Shown one piece after another: positions 1 through 16,505 of a DNA stretch of 64,000 bases. Every line of letters begins with the position of its first letter. The stretch's first letter is position 1. This DNA is from Tubulanus polymorphus (Eukaryota; Animalia; Nemertea), in the NCBI RefSeq assembly GCF_964204645.1, contig NC_134030.1:9885222-9949221 (forward strand). The letters are read 5' to 3'. The notes under the pieces were generated by a model, which saw only the letters and a program-made list of their open reading frames with translations, had not been told where the DNA came from and ran no database searches. The position numbers were made by a program, and so were the translations under genes.

Positions 1-168
1 TGCCTGACAGCCGCATCCCAAAGCAACTTCTGTTCGGTGAACTTGCCTCCGGCAAAAGATCAACAGGTGGCCAGAAGAAACGCTACAAGGACACTCTAAA
101 AATGTCCCTTGGTGCATTTGGCATTGATCCCAAAACCTGGGAAAATTCTGCCTCTGACAGAGCCAGCT
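1..168 (+). mobile_element. RTE-clade LINE fragment (C-terminal region after the RT domain); continues left of the window
   Basis: The frame from base 3 reads PDSRIPKQLLFGELASGKRSTGGQKKRYKDTLKMSLGAFGIDPKTWENSASDRAS, matching the RxPKxxLxGEL..G.R..G..KKRxKD..K......I....WE..A.DR pattern of RTE ORF2 C-termini. Confidence 0.8.
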
Positions 169-180
169 TCAAAAGCTTGA

Positions 181-312
181 CCCGCACACAGTGGGCTTCA
201 AAAATCTATCCAAACACATTGGATCGCTAAAAATTTGGTCCAAACACATTGGACGCCCGCACACAGTGGGCTTCAAAAATCTATCCAAACACATTGGATC
301 TGACCACACACA
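181..312. repeat. Short direct repeat (CCCGCACACAGTGGGCTTCAAAAATCTATCCAAACACATTGGATC x2 plus partial copies)
   Basis: Copies start at ~181 and ~256. Confidence 0.8.
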
Positions 313-959
313 GTATCCTAATTGTAGTTCTCTTTGAAATTTGGTAAAGCGCTTTAAAGCCTTCGGGAATGAGGCTCTGTATAGATGAATGCCGCGTCTG
401 TCATTTGTGCATAAACATTTCAAGTTAGTTGAGTCGTTTTCGTTTAGTAAAGAAATTTGTTAGCAAAACCAGAGTACTCTAATTGTACATTCAATCGTGA
501 TTATTCAGTTTATGTCTCGTAAATCCGCGTACCTGAGATCATTTCATATGCTTTTTGCGTTTACCACAAAAAGAACATTTTCGATGTTTATTCTGTGTTT
601 GGTATGTCGGAATAAACTCAAGTTTTTTTTTATTTTCGAGATTAAACAATCTATAATTACCTTTATTTTTAGACTTGAATCGCTTAGGCCTATATTTCGA
701 AACAGATGAATAATGACTATTATCCCTACTACTGGAACTGCAAACAACCACACTTTGCGCAACATTATCTTAAAATGAATTGAACATTGTAATGCAGAAA
801 GCAGACCACGTTGATTGATTAAGTCAGTAGGGAAAATATACCACCACAGCTGTTACTATAGTGTATGTATAGATCGAATAAAAAAACAAATGTTCATCTT
901 AAGGTCAATTTTGAGACATTGCATCCATTAAGGCCCCTGTTTACAATACCTTCGTATTC

Positions 960-1305
960 GTTGGTTGGTTGGTTGGTTGGTTCGTTAGTTGGTCGGTCGG
1001 TCGGTTGGTTGGTCGGTTGGTTGGTCGGTTGGTCGGTCGGTCGGTCGGTCGGTTGGTCGGTCGGTCGGTTGGTCGGTCGGTTGGTCGATCGGTTGGTTGG
1101 TCTGTTGGTCGGTTGGATGGTTCGTTAGTTGGTTGGTTGGTTGGTTGGTTGGTTGGTTGGTTGGTTGGTTGGTTGGTTGGTTGGTTGGTTGGTTGGTTGG
1201 TTGGTTGGTTGGTTGGTTGGTTGGTTGGTTGGTTGGTTGGTTGGTTGGTTGGTTGGTTGGTTGGTTGGTTGGTTGGTTGGTTGGTTGGTTGGTTGGTTGG
1301 TTGGT
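960..1305. repeat. (GGTT)n/(GGTC)n tetranucleotide microsatellite
   Basis: Directly visible; it produces the spurious LVGW/QPTN ORFs. Confidence 0.98.
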
Positions 1306-1511
1306 CTAGCGGAGAACCCGTGGAAGCCACGGGCGTTTCTTAAACGTACAGTGGAACCTCGTTCGATAAATAATATGAGTACTTCGGCCAATAGAAAATC
1401 ATTCGTATTCACGAAAATTCGTAACATGCAACCCGGTATCAAATTTCCCGCCAATACCTGCCTATCGAATCGTTGTACGCCCCCATGTTCTCTGTTTGAC
1501 GTTACGTTTGA

Positions 1512-1816
1512 CAATCACACGTGGGGCGTTTTTGGCCCAGAACAACTGTTCACACGGGTGCCAAATGGGCCCGTACCTGTTTGGACCGACCAAAGACGTC
1601 GAACCAGGCCCGAATCAAATTTTGCACGGACCAAAGCATTGCGTGCGGCAACTTGTTCCGGAAATGATCCACTTGGCTTTGTTTGAGCATCGTTTAGTAT
1701 CGTGTGGGTGGTCTACGTGTGAACACACTCTCTAATTAGGCACGGGCGAAATCTTACTCGGGCCTGATCTGTCGCAATTTGGACCAGGCCGAATCGTCTC
1801 CGTGTGATCGCGGCTT
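1512..1816. mobile_element. MITE-like repeat; same family as 42877-43151, in opposite orientation
   Basis: Ends in GTGTGATCGCGGCT. The internal sequence (ACTGTTCACACGGGTGCCAAATGGGCCC) is the reverse complement of ~43090-43116. Confidence 0.7.
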
Positions 1817-3869
1817 ATCTGTACACGATTCTGAAAATAAAGCCATCAAAATAAAACTTTTTATAATTCATTGATTTCTTGATCAATTAAAACCTTGACG
1901 CGATATCAGATAATGTATTTGTTATACTACACTACTACGACCGATACAGGTGATCGACTAGATCAGCAATTGTATTAACCTCATTGATTTACTTAGGAAA
2001 TGAGACATAGGAACCGGAAATTGTCATTGTTTTAACGAATTTCGTATCATCGTGCTCGTATCAAACTGTTCTTTTACTAGTATTTGTACTACATTTGGTC
2101 GGAACAGACGAAAGTTATCGTTGTACCTTCGGGTTCCGTAATAGGCCGTTGTCTCGCTTTAAGGAGGTTGTCCTGTCGAATATCCAATTTTTCGATTCAT
2201 TACACGTCGTTTACTTATTATATTCTATATAATGGCCTTTAATTTTATCAATATGTGCTCTCTGATCTCCTGCACCTATAAGGGCTGATTCAGACCATTA
2301 AAGAGGGCTAGAGGCACGATAATGAAAATTTTTACACTGTCCCATTTTTTTGTTTTCTCGCGCGAGAAAACAAAACATTTTGGTTTTCTCGCGCGAAAAA
2401 ACAGAAGTTATTGATACAATAGAATGACCCGAATCAGCCACCGATTACGCACACGTAGAAAACGAACAAAAATATAAAAATGGACAAAATGATCTCCAAC
2501 CTTGTAATAATGCTATTTCCAAAATCTCGATGTATTAAATTAGGCAGCCAAGAAAATTCACCCAATCAGTTGCTTGCTGGTTCATACTGAATGGAAGATT
2601 GTTTTAAATGAACCGGAACCAAATTTCCAATTATGTACTTCGATTTCAAAAAAATGACCGCCGATCACACAACTATATTTGTAATTCGATTTCCGATTTC
2701 AAAATCAAACCCCCAGTTTCGCTCCCGGCAGATGTGGTGGGTCCATAAGGGACACTCAATCAAAGAATCAAACGAAATTTACCAGCCAAATAAATAACAG
2801 GGAAATTCCCTATTCTAAGATCAAACACTGTGCATACATTGGTATATGTTATATTCGACCGTGGTTCATGCATCCGCGTGTGAGCCAATGTTGCAGCAGA
2901 GATGTGGTCAAGTAAGTCAGCCCAATGTTTTTGGAGCCCTCGCAGTCCTGGCGGATACGAATTCAAACGTCCGTTCGTCATACAATATGCATAGCGATCA
3001 TGCTAAAAGGAATCGAGTATAAATTTCGTCTCCCCGTCGCGCCGTGGAGAGGAAAAACGCTAATTATGTAAATTAAAGTGAAAAATACAATATCGCTTAA
3101 CTTACTGCCCCTGGAATCTAACAGCTGCACTCTGTGAGATATGATAACATTTTAGGCTGTTCGAATTTCACGGATACCGGACACCGGATACTCGAGATTG
3201 TGAAGGGGTTATAATTTTTGTGAAGGGGTTATGATTAGAGTTATGGGTTAGGGGACCAAACCGAAGGTTTGGAGACCCCACGGGCAGTGGGTTATCCCTG
3301 TAAAGAAAAGTGCGAATTGTCAAAATCCATCCATCGACAGATGAAATATGATACAATACACATCACGGATAGTTTTTAAAAAAGAGAAAAAAATGACCCA
3401 ACAATACTGGACAAAAGTACCCTAACAAAATGGCGGCTAGCAACTGTAAAATGGTTTATTACATCATTTGTTGTAAATTCTGTGGAGAATGAAAATTTAG
3501 AACCATAGATTTGCAGATGTTTGGCTACGAAGACGAAGCCTTTGGTGAAGATAGCGTTTCTAAGAAGTAACAGTTGCATAAACAGTACCTGTAGGCGTGC
3601 ATAAACAGTACCTATAGGCGTTAATACAATTGACAAAAAATGAAGAAACACGATGTGGAGGATCATATGGTCAAGATTCCACTAACGGCATTTGTGACTT
3701 TCTATGTGAATCGTCCGTTTGTACGTATCAAGGACAAGACTAAGGAAAAACTAAGACGAGACGAGTGGATAGAAGGTTAACTTATTTGAAGTACAAGCTT
3801 TCGATACTTATTTCATCAAGTGGTGAAGATACTTTAGATTACGGTACAGTAAACCTCGCCTTAAATCGG

Positions 3870-4135
3870 ACGATTGCTACAAGGTCTAACAGCGTTTTTC
3901 TGCGCCCATTTACGCCGAAACATGGTTAGCACACAATATTTTCCTACGCTTACCCTCGCTTGCCAGGGGTCCGGTATCACTCCCGAACTCGCCGCTTCCG
4001 CCACCAGTTCGGGGAACAGCTTTAGCGTAGTAGGTTCGAATCCCTTAACCGGTGAACATGCGTTGGTATAAGCCCATCCGATTATAAAAAGCTTACAACC
4101 AACGATTAGGTAACTAACTAGGGTTAACACGGCTA
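3870..4135 (+). mobile_element. Interspersed repeat, possibly a tRNA-derived SINE; other fragments at ~11507-11560, 25683-25706 and 35969-35992 (minus strand)
   Basis: Contains a B-box-like GGTTCGAATCCC. The block TGGTATAAGCCCATCCGATTATAAAAAGCTTAC.ACCAACGATTAGGTAA recurs reverse-complemented at ~11510. Confidence 0.5.
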
Positions 4136-5809
4136 CGAACCTAAGACCGAGAAGAGAAACCACACGGCTTTTCCCGACAACTGGGATTCCAAAATCAAAA
4201 TTCCAGGGCTGGGTTTCATAGATGTAGAGAAAAATAGTCCCTGGGAACATTTTGAAATTTGTCAGTTATAACCATGGTTTCTCATTGTTACTATGGTGGT
4301 TGTTACCCAGATTGAGGATTTACCTCTAGGGATAACTTTAATACTCAGTCTATGTAACCGGGCCCTGAAGTTTCAATACGGTGAAATTAAAAGGATTTTA
4401 TAGGCTACTTAGGATGCTATACCATATTGAGGCTTTGATTTTGGATCGCCAGGCAGACCGGTACCGTGAAGTCGCCTGTGAAAGAAACACCATTTTTATT
4501 CCATGACATGAGTTTACTGCATGAAAAAAGTTTCTATCATATCTGTTGTTAATGGAATAGATAAAGACGAAATTAGACAATTAAACTACATGTAAATATT
4601 CAATTGGCTAATATTTGGCAATTCATAAATGCTTACAAAGACTATAACATTTCATTGTAGACCTACTTACGCATAGGACTTGAAGAAGCATATTATATTT
4701 ACAAATTCTATGTGCAGTATAGTCGATCCATTTTATAATTCAAATTTTTGCTTGAGATTGTCTGACTGGTAAGAGTCTATCTGCTGTAGGAATTAACCCA
4801 GCATCACAATTAATTTGATCATTGGATTGCGGTTTCCTCAGTAGTTGCGTCTTAGTAAAAAAGTATCATCACCGATTTCACACCTTCAGAGAACACACTA
4901 TTCTACCTCTTCAATTAGGTGTTCCCTGCTCAGTCCAAACCAAATAGAATAGATAGGTTCACTCCATCTTAGTTCTTGCACTGCAGCATACAAAGAAATC
5001 AATAATGATTAAGGAAGACGAATGGCAACGTTTTTTAATAAAATATCTTTTAAATAAAGTAATTTAGTCGGGAAATGTTTGCTATAAGCCATTATAAAGC
5101 AGTCGGTCTAAAGATTAGCTTTGAAGTTTGATGTGCGTGTCCAGAAGCTTTTTCTCGAGCCGGTCCTGTTTTTTCCTCAAGTATTTCGAACGGATCGAAT
5201 GGATCTTGTAACCGACTGCTATCCCGGCGAGAAACGAGATGGCTGCCATCGTGTAGCAAACTGATATCGGAACTTTCGAGCCCATAATGATGACAAGAAA
5301 TGTAGATCAATAGGGCCTAAATCCAATTTTTTGCAATTTCTTTACGCCGCCTGTTAGTGTTACTACAACATAATATTTTAGAAAATATGTTTCGGAACAG
5401 CTGTTCCGAATTCGGTTGCATGATTGGGCGAGTCCGAACGTACTTTGCGAGTTAAATCCAATTCAATTCCTATTTATTTACACTTTAGATTACAAGTTAT
5501 ATCAGTCGATTATTTTACTGTAACAACAAGACAACTTGAAAGAACCAACATAACAGCTGCACACACAAAGAAGCCACGCAGCAGTTGACGAAGAACTGAC
5601 CGAGGCCGGCCGGGCGCCCTCGCTCCTCAGGAAATACAAATTTAGGCTTTGAGGACAAATTGTCAGCTCACGTAGTTTCATTGCTGTTTTTAAAAGTTCG
5701 AGAGTCTTCTCGGAATGCCCGCAACTTGCAGCGAGTGGACACTCTTGCGAGTGGAAGAGATCTGTCAGATAGCACGCCACTGTGGTTTACGCTATGTCCG
5801 ACTCAATTT

Positions 5810-6775
5810 CTAATTTCGTTTAATGCAGACTATTTTTGTAAAAAAATATTCGCGAATTTCCTTTCCTAGAAAAAGATATATGTAAAAGTTAATTGAAAAG
5901 TTAAAAACCTGAAACTGAGTGAATATATCTAGAAGAAATACTTTTAGCGTTGCTGAGGCGATCGGGAGAAATGCCGTTATGGATGTCGGGAGCGTGAATA
6001 TCGAAAACGCTAAAGAAACTGTTACGAGCATTATTGTTGTACGTTTTGTCGCCGTTTTTGTAGTTTTCTTATCAGACGAAATGAACTTCGAAGACACGAA
6101 TAACTGAATGACTATGATCGAATTCGATGTAATTATCAATGATAAAGGTAAAAGAAAAACGTACGTAACGAAAATGGTTAAGAAAAGGTTCAATTGTTCA
6201 GACGCTATGTAGTAACACCCGAACGTCGGGTCGGAAAATTTCATTATCACAGTAGGATAGATGCAAAGTACCGATATATTCACTATGCAAATGATGACAA
6301 TCACGCATCGGGCGAATCTCGGTGTACATACCAAACGAGATGTGATCGGGAAGAGCACAACTGCCGCACGTTCTAGAGATATCGCCACTATCAACCACGA
6401 ACTACTGCCACCCATAAAATACAACACGAATTCATAGATCCGACAACTGACGAGCGAATTCATCATGAATATATGTCCGCTTTTCACGCGCAAAAGAACG
6501 AAATGTAAAATGGGCATCAGCGTGAAATTCGTGCAAACTAAGAAATCGGAGACGGATAAAACGACGAGATAGTTAGCGTAAGATAAACCGCGAAATCTGT
6601 CACTTATCATAATGAGAAACGTAGCCGAATTACCGAACGCTCCGAACAAGAACAATAAAGACAGAATGACCAACGTAAACGTACGAAAATTACCGGACTT
6701 GTTTTCAACATACATGAGGACTTTGTAACTCGTGAAAGGTCGATCGATCTGCGGCGTCTGCAGCGTAGAATTCAT
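5810..6775 (-). CDS. Intronless rhodopsin-like (class A) GPCR, FMRFamide/peptide-receptor-like orphan, ~321 aa
   Basis: Seven hydrophobic segments; GN in TM1 (GAFGNSA), LSVSD in TM2, TM3 Cys and SLERA (DRY equivalent), FxxFTLP in TM6, NFSINFYIY in TM7. The likely start is MNST (N-glycosylation sequon) at 6775; the open frame extends to 6901. Confidence 0.9.
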   Translation of the reverse strand: MNSTLQTPQIDRPFTSYKVLMYVENKSGNFRTFTLVILSLLFLFGAFGNSATFLIMISDRFRGLSYANYLVVLSVSDFLVCTNFTLMPILHFVLLRVKSGHIFMMNSLVSCRIYEFVLYFMGGSSSWLIVAISLERAAVVLFPITSRLVCTPRFARCVIVIICIVNISVLCIYPTVIMKFSDPTFGCYYIASEQLNLFLTIFVTYVFLLPLSLIITSNSIIVIQLFVSSKFISSDKKTTKTATKRTTIMLVTVSLAFSIFTLPTSITAFLPIASATLKVFLLDIFTQFQVFNFSINFYIYLFLGKEIREYFFTKIVCIKRN

Positions 6776-7492
6776 GATCCGCCGCGGATTGCGTTTTCTC
6801 ACATAAATGAGTTCAACGACGTGAAAGGAGAGATCGATGTTGATTTCGTTGTCGTATTTACGAGGTTTGTCGTTCATTTGTTCGAGGCTTAACGTATGCA
6901 ATGAAAATTCTCTCGGAAAAATTCTAACTTTAATCTAAAGGCCTTGCGAGGACACAATAGGAGGGAGATTTCGTAGAAGACTATTATACTAATAGACTCA
7001 TCTAATCGTTTACTGTGCAACAAAAGCCATGGATGAAACTGGCGTATTTTGATTTTGTTTGTGATCACTGAGAGATGTTATGAAATGAGTATATCTAATT
7101 ACATAAAAATTTACACAGCCCAAAAAACAGGTTCAGACATGATGGGCACGCATTCGTGCAGTTACAGAGTTCATACAATCACAATTTGATAGAGTCGAAT
7201 CTCGGTGTGCATACCAAACGAGATTTGAACGGGAGGAGACAATACTTGTGAATCAATTAACAATAGTTTAAGGCGGACATTGGACAAAACATGTTGAATA
7301 TAAATTAAAGAAACTTTGACCCTTGCTCTATAAAGCGGGCAGAAGGATTACGGAGCTGTTAGCCCTTGGATAACTATACCTCAAAAATATTTTTGAAGGG
7401 TTTTTGTACCGTATTTTCTTTCTCTATACTGGGTTTCTTGGTTTCCCATATGGGCAATGTAATAGACCAATGAAGGGTTCGCGGTGGCCAGT

Positions 7493-9345
7493 GCGGTTTC
7501 TGACATTTTCTCAATATCCGGAATCACTTAGAAATTTCCGGAAAAATCTAAGTAAGCAGGGGTCTTACAATTTAAACAAATAATTCCAAAATTTTCCGGA
7601 AAATTCTAGATATATCATTATCGCAGGGGGGGTCACTTGGAATTCCGGAAAATAAATTCCGGATTTTTCTGGAAATTTCCGGAAATCTCATTCCAAAAAT
7701 CGTGGTGTTACAACTTATACAAATTGTTTTTTTGCTGGTTTTTTGGGGAGTTAGGGTTTAGTGTTTAAGGGGTTAGGGTTTAGTGTTTAGAGGGTTAGGT
7801 TTTAGAGGGTTAGGGTTTAGGGGTTAGTGTTTAGGGGGTAAGTGTTTAGGGTTTAGTGTTTAGAGGGTAAGGGTTTACGGGGTTAGGTTTTAGAGGTTTA
7901 GGTTTTAGAGGTTTAGGTTTGAGGGTTAGTTTTTGGAGGGTTAGGATTTAGTGTTTAAAGGGTTAGGTTGTTAGGGTTTAGGGGGTTAGGGTTTAGTGTT
8001 TAGAGGGTAAGGGTTTAGAGGGTTAGAGAGAAATTAGAGGGTTCAGGGTTAAGAGAGATAGAATTAAGAGGGTTTTAGTGTTCAGAGGGTTAGGTTTTAG
8101 ATGGTTAGGGTTTAGTGTTTAGAGGGTTAGGTTTTAGAGGGTTAGGGTTTAGGGGTTAGTGTTGAGGTGTTAGTGTTTAGAGTGTAAGGATTTAGTTTTT
8201 AGAGGGTTAGGGTTTAGTGTTTAGAGGGTTAGGTTTTTAGGGTTTAGGGGGTTAGGGTTTAGTGTTTAGAGGGTAAGGGTATAGAGGGTTAGAGAGAAAT
8301 TAGAGGGTTCAGGGTTAAGAGAGTTAGAATTAAGAGGGTTTTAGTGTTCAGAGGGTTAGGTTTTCGAGGGTTAGTGTTTAGGGGTTTAGAGGGTTAGGTT
8401 TTAGAGGGTTAGGGTATTGTTTAGGTTTTAGAGGGTTATGTTTTAGGGTTTTAGGGTAAATAGGCTTCAGAAGATTTGGGTTTAGTGTTTAGAGGGTTCA
8501 GGGTTTAGAGAATTAGAGAGAATTTAGAATTAATTGGAATGAGATTTCCGGAATACGAAAAAAACCAAATTAATTTTTAATTGTTGGAGTACGCGAAAAG
8601 ACCGATGAACGGTGCAGTCTTGTTTTGCTCGCATTTTCGTGTTCTTCGTTGTAGAGTGCTTTGAAAGAGGCACCGAAATGATTTATCGAGACGGAAACAT
8701 GTTCAAAATAATCAATGGAAAACGCGGTTTGAGATGTTGATAGAAAATAGGTTTTGTTTGGATTTTCAAAATAATAACGTTCGCCCTTCATTCCATTAAT
8801 TGTGAAATATTGCGGATATCGTTAAAACTTTGTTATGGTAACCAGGTGACCCATTTATTCTGGAACGATCCGGAAATTTCTGGAAAAAGAATTCTGATTT
8901 TCCGGAATTCCGCGATACCCCCCCCCCCCCCCATCCGTGCCGCCGTTACGTGATCAGCTTTCTTGAAAGATCCGGAAATTTCTGGAAAAGCAATTCTATT
9001 TTATTCTAGAACGATCCGGAAATTTCTGGAAAAATAAATCTGATTTTCCGGAATTCCGCGGTACCCCCCCCCCCCATCCGTGCCGTTACGCGATCAGCTT
9101 TCTGGAAAGATCCGGAAATTTCTGGAAAAGCAATTCTATTTTATTCTGGAACGATCCGGAAATTTCTGGAAAAATAATTCTGATTTTCCGCAATTCCGCG
9201 GTACCCCCCCCCCCTCCGTGCCGTTACGCGATCAGCTTTCTGGAGAGATCCGGAAATTTCTGGAAAAGCAATTCTATTTTATTCTGGAACGATCCGGATA
9301 TAGTCAGAAAAACGATAGTAAAGTATGAAAAATGTCAGAAACCGC
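7493..9345. mobile_element. Non-autonomous TIR element with a telomere-like tract and ~120-bp subterminal tandem repeats
   Basis: 17-bp inverted repeats GCGGTTTCTGACATTTT (7493-7509) and AAAATGTCAGAAACCGC (9329-9345). TTTCCGGAAA-rich motifs on both sides; about four repeat units at 8855-9300. No TSD seen. Confidence 0.7.
7750..8515 (+). repeat. Degenerate interstitial telomere-like (TTAGGG/TTTAGAGGG/TTTAGTG) tract
   Basis: Directly visible; it includes an internal duplication (~7985-8100 vs ~8250-8365). Confidence 0.9.
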
Positions 9346-10208
9346 GCAAATCTCGAGGGTTTATGTTTGCGTGAGCTTCGGCTGGAGGCAATCAAACCAT
9401 GGGAAACGAGGATTGGGCGGGGAGTATGGCTCCAGTTGTCAGAATGGAGAAAGCCTGATACAAAGTTCCTAGTTTGTTTCTGTCAAACAATATAACGCAT
9501 TACAAAGTGGCCAAAAGATGGCCAAAAACCAAAAATAATTTTGCATGAGTTTTTGTGGGTTGGGACGAAGACAAATCTCTCAACTTAGAAAAAGTTCGCC
9601 TTTGAATAAGTTATAACTATAAGCGTATATAGACTTGGTCAGCTGTAGCAGAACTCTGGTAAGTGTTCATGTCTTAAATATTCAAAAAGTTATATTCTAG
9701 AATGAAATGGAACTCGCTGCTACCGATGAGATTCATATTGCACTTGTCGCATATACGTTCATCCCTTGGAATATTATGAAAACGATCGGTCGCTCAATTA
9801 GGTTGGTGTTTGTGGTTTGAGTATCATTATCTACATCGATCAATTGTGGAGAGCTAAGGAAAATAAATTTCCTGGACACCAGTAAGGTTTTACATGTATA
9901 ATCTTAATTTTCTACACTATTTCTGTGCCCATTTTCTGGACTCTTGGTCCTGAGAAGTCTCTCAGTCAGCAACGACAGAGAAAGTCAGCGCGGTACTGGA
10001 CCGAGACGCCAAGACTGCCTGAATTAGATTCCTCGGTTTAGTGCATTGATCGAGCCGGCGACCAGGAGGTAGGGATACCCGAATGTTATTTGTTACAGTT
10101 GCTTTACAACAATTTTGTCTCGCGGAAGTGATCGTCATCGAAGTTCGGCAATTTCCATATGGACGAATATTGGTCGTGTAAATTCTGCTATTGTCACCAA
10201 ACATCATC

Positions 10209-14395
<4,187 letters not shown>

Positions 14396-16332
14396 TACAT
14401 GGAGTATTCCGTAATTACTTTTCGTGATTTCGTTTTGGAAATATGATTTCTCTGCAATGGCTTTTGATTTTGAATCAGTAATTTATCAAATTTTTTTTTA
14501 GGCTAAAATAAAATGATACCTTGTTTCTACCTAATCGACCGGGTCACTTGTGTAAACTACAATAAGATTTGTTATCAGTTCAGTTCTATAACTGCCAGGT
14601 CTGTTATGACCAGCTTGATCATGATTTAACAAAATAAAGTAATATGCAGGTTTAAATAGGTGGCCGACTACTATTTTTAAGGTCAGCATAAATGAGAAAC
14701 AAGGTTTTAGCCTTATCTGCTGCAGCAAAGTATTGATTTCTTTTTACTTTCTTCATAGCCGGTTCACACTGAAATGGTCTGAATTTAGACCAGGGCCCAG
14801 TTGCACAGTTAAGTGGTCTTGAATTATAAGATAAGTCTTAAGTTGTTAGCAATGGCCACAGAACCAAGATTGCTTTGTACTGAGCATAAATCTAAAACCT
14901 GTGACACCTAATTATAACTCCAAGTTTCACTGATCTCAAGCATTCGTACTAACGACAAAGTATGTGTTTAACTGGTCTTTTCTATTTTTCAAAAGACAAC
15001 CAGGTAACTTGTACCAACCAAAAATACCATTTCAGGTCCCTTCTGTCCATCAGAATGGACCATTTGGGCAGTTCTGTGTTGTGTGAATTAATAGAAAATT
15101 TCCTCTTAGTCTAAATTGCCTGTTTATCATAGATTTGGATTGTGTGGGGACCAGCTGAAAAAGCTGATGTGAAATATCTGTGTAAATGCATAGTTTGATC
15201 AATTCTGGTCCATGGAAAAAGGATTTAAATTTTGTCCAAGTCAAGTGTACTGTAGAGTCCCCGGCTAAGATACATGTACCTGATAGGTAAATTATTTACT
15301 CGATTCTTGGGAAGTAAGGTTCATCGAGAGTTTGCTGACAGCTCCTGGTTACGTGCCGGTTTGTGCTAGGTTTCACTCAAATTATTTGGACAATCTGAAG
15401 ACTGAAAAGTGCGATACCGGTACCTGTACTGGTAATGTTGTGAGCATTTACTGGTTAATCATGTATGACTACGATGATTATATTGTTAACTTTTCTGTCA
15501 TTTCGTATGTACTTAGAAATTAATTGTCAAATCTTACAGATATTTTAAGCATTTGCAGGGTTCTTTGTTAAAAGTGCTTTCGTTGAAAGATTGATTGTTG
15601 TTACGGATATAAGAAAATCATAGATATTTATGTGAATTGTATAGATATCTTGTGACTCGGGGTGGATTTAGGGGGTAATTTAGGCAGTGCGGAGTCCTAC
15701 CCTCCCATACAAGTTGCCCTTTTCATCGAGACATCGATTGTTAAGACCTGGGAATTTGACACTAATCTTCTCTGAATTTGGATCTGCACGGAAAAGAAAA
15801 TTCAGATATATTTAAGGGCGAGGGTGGCCCTTCGCTGGTGGCTTTTGAAGCAGCTCCTTTTTCCGTATACCTTCTCTCTTCTTCCGGACTCCTGCCTTCC
15901 AATATTTGCTTGATCCACCCCTGGTGACTTATTTTATTAAAGTCATGAAAATGTTTTAATATATATGTATTCAGTTTTTAAAAATTTGTATATCTGTGTG
16001 TACCTCGGTGGTGATAATTATAGTGTTAACAATGTGTAGTGAAGATTGAATGTTCTCAGTCAAAAAGTCGGTAACTTCGGTTATCTTAATTAATGTTAGT
16101 GTGTGCGAGTATGTTGTGTGCGCATTTGGGTCAGGTGAACATATTTCTGTTTCCAAATAAAGTATATTTTCAAAAAAGAAAATTGTTCAATTATTTTATG
16201 CTGCGAGGAGGTAAGGCCACACAAATCCGTGAACGGACTACTAGATTTAAATCACTATTGGATTAGTGGTACGGTACCGATTAGAGTGAGGGGTACTGCG
16301 AGAGAGATTATTGAGACTTGATAATTGGGTAA

Positions 16333-16505
16333 TAAGATAAAATCCCACTATTTACAGATTAAAAGAATTCAAAAACCAGAATTTATTTATTAAATCTAAA
16401 ATATATAAAAGACACGACGTTTCGATCTCACCCTAGAGATCATCATCAGGTGACGATGATCTCTAGGGTGAGATCGAAACGTCGTGTCTTATATATTTTA
16501 GATTT
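16333..16505. mobile_element. Left part of a palindromic Penelope-like mini-element with a hammerhead core; split by a CR1 insertion (right part 19684-19772)
   Basis: 16333-16449 is the near reverse complement of 16451-16505 joined to 19689-19750. The minus strand reads CTGATGAT GATCTC TAGGGT GAGATC GAAAC GTC. Confidence 0.7.

Noticed and set aside
865-1686. LVGW/QPTN-repeat ORFs
   Set aside because: They are translations of the (GGTT)n microsatellite and an adjacent MITE, not genes.
6776-6901. Extended GPCR N-terminus from the ORF track
   Set aside because: The upstream 42 codons have no receptor-like features, and MNST at 6775 is a more typical start; not proven.
7750-8515. True telomere or chromosome-fusion site
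   Set aside because: Highly degenerate, single orientation, and enclosed by inverted termini.
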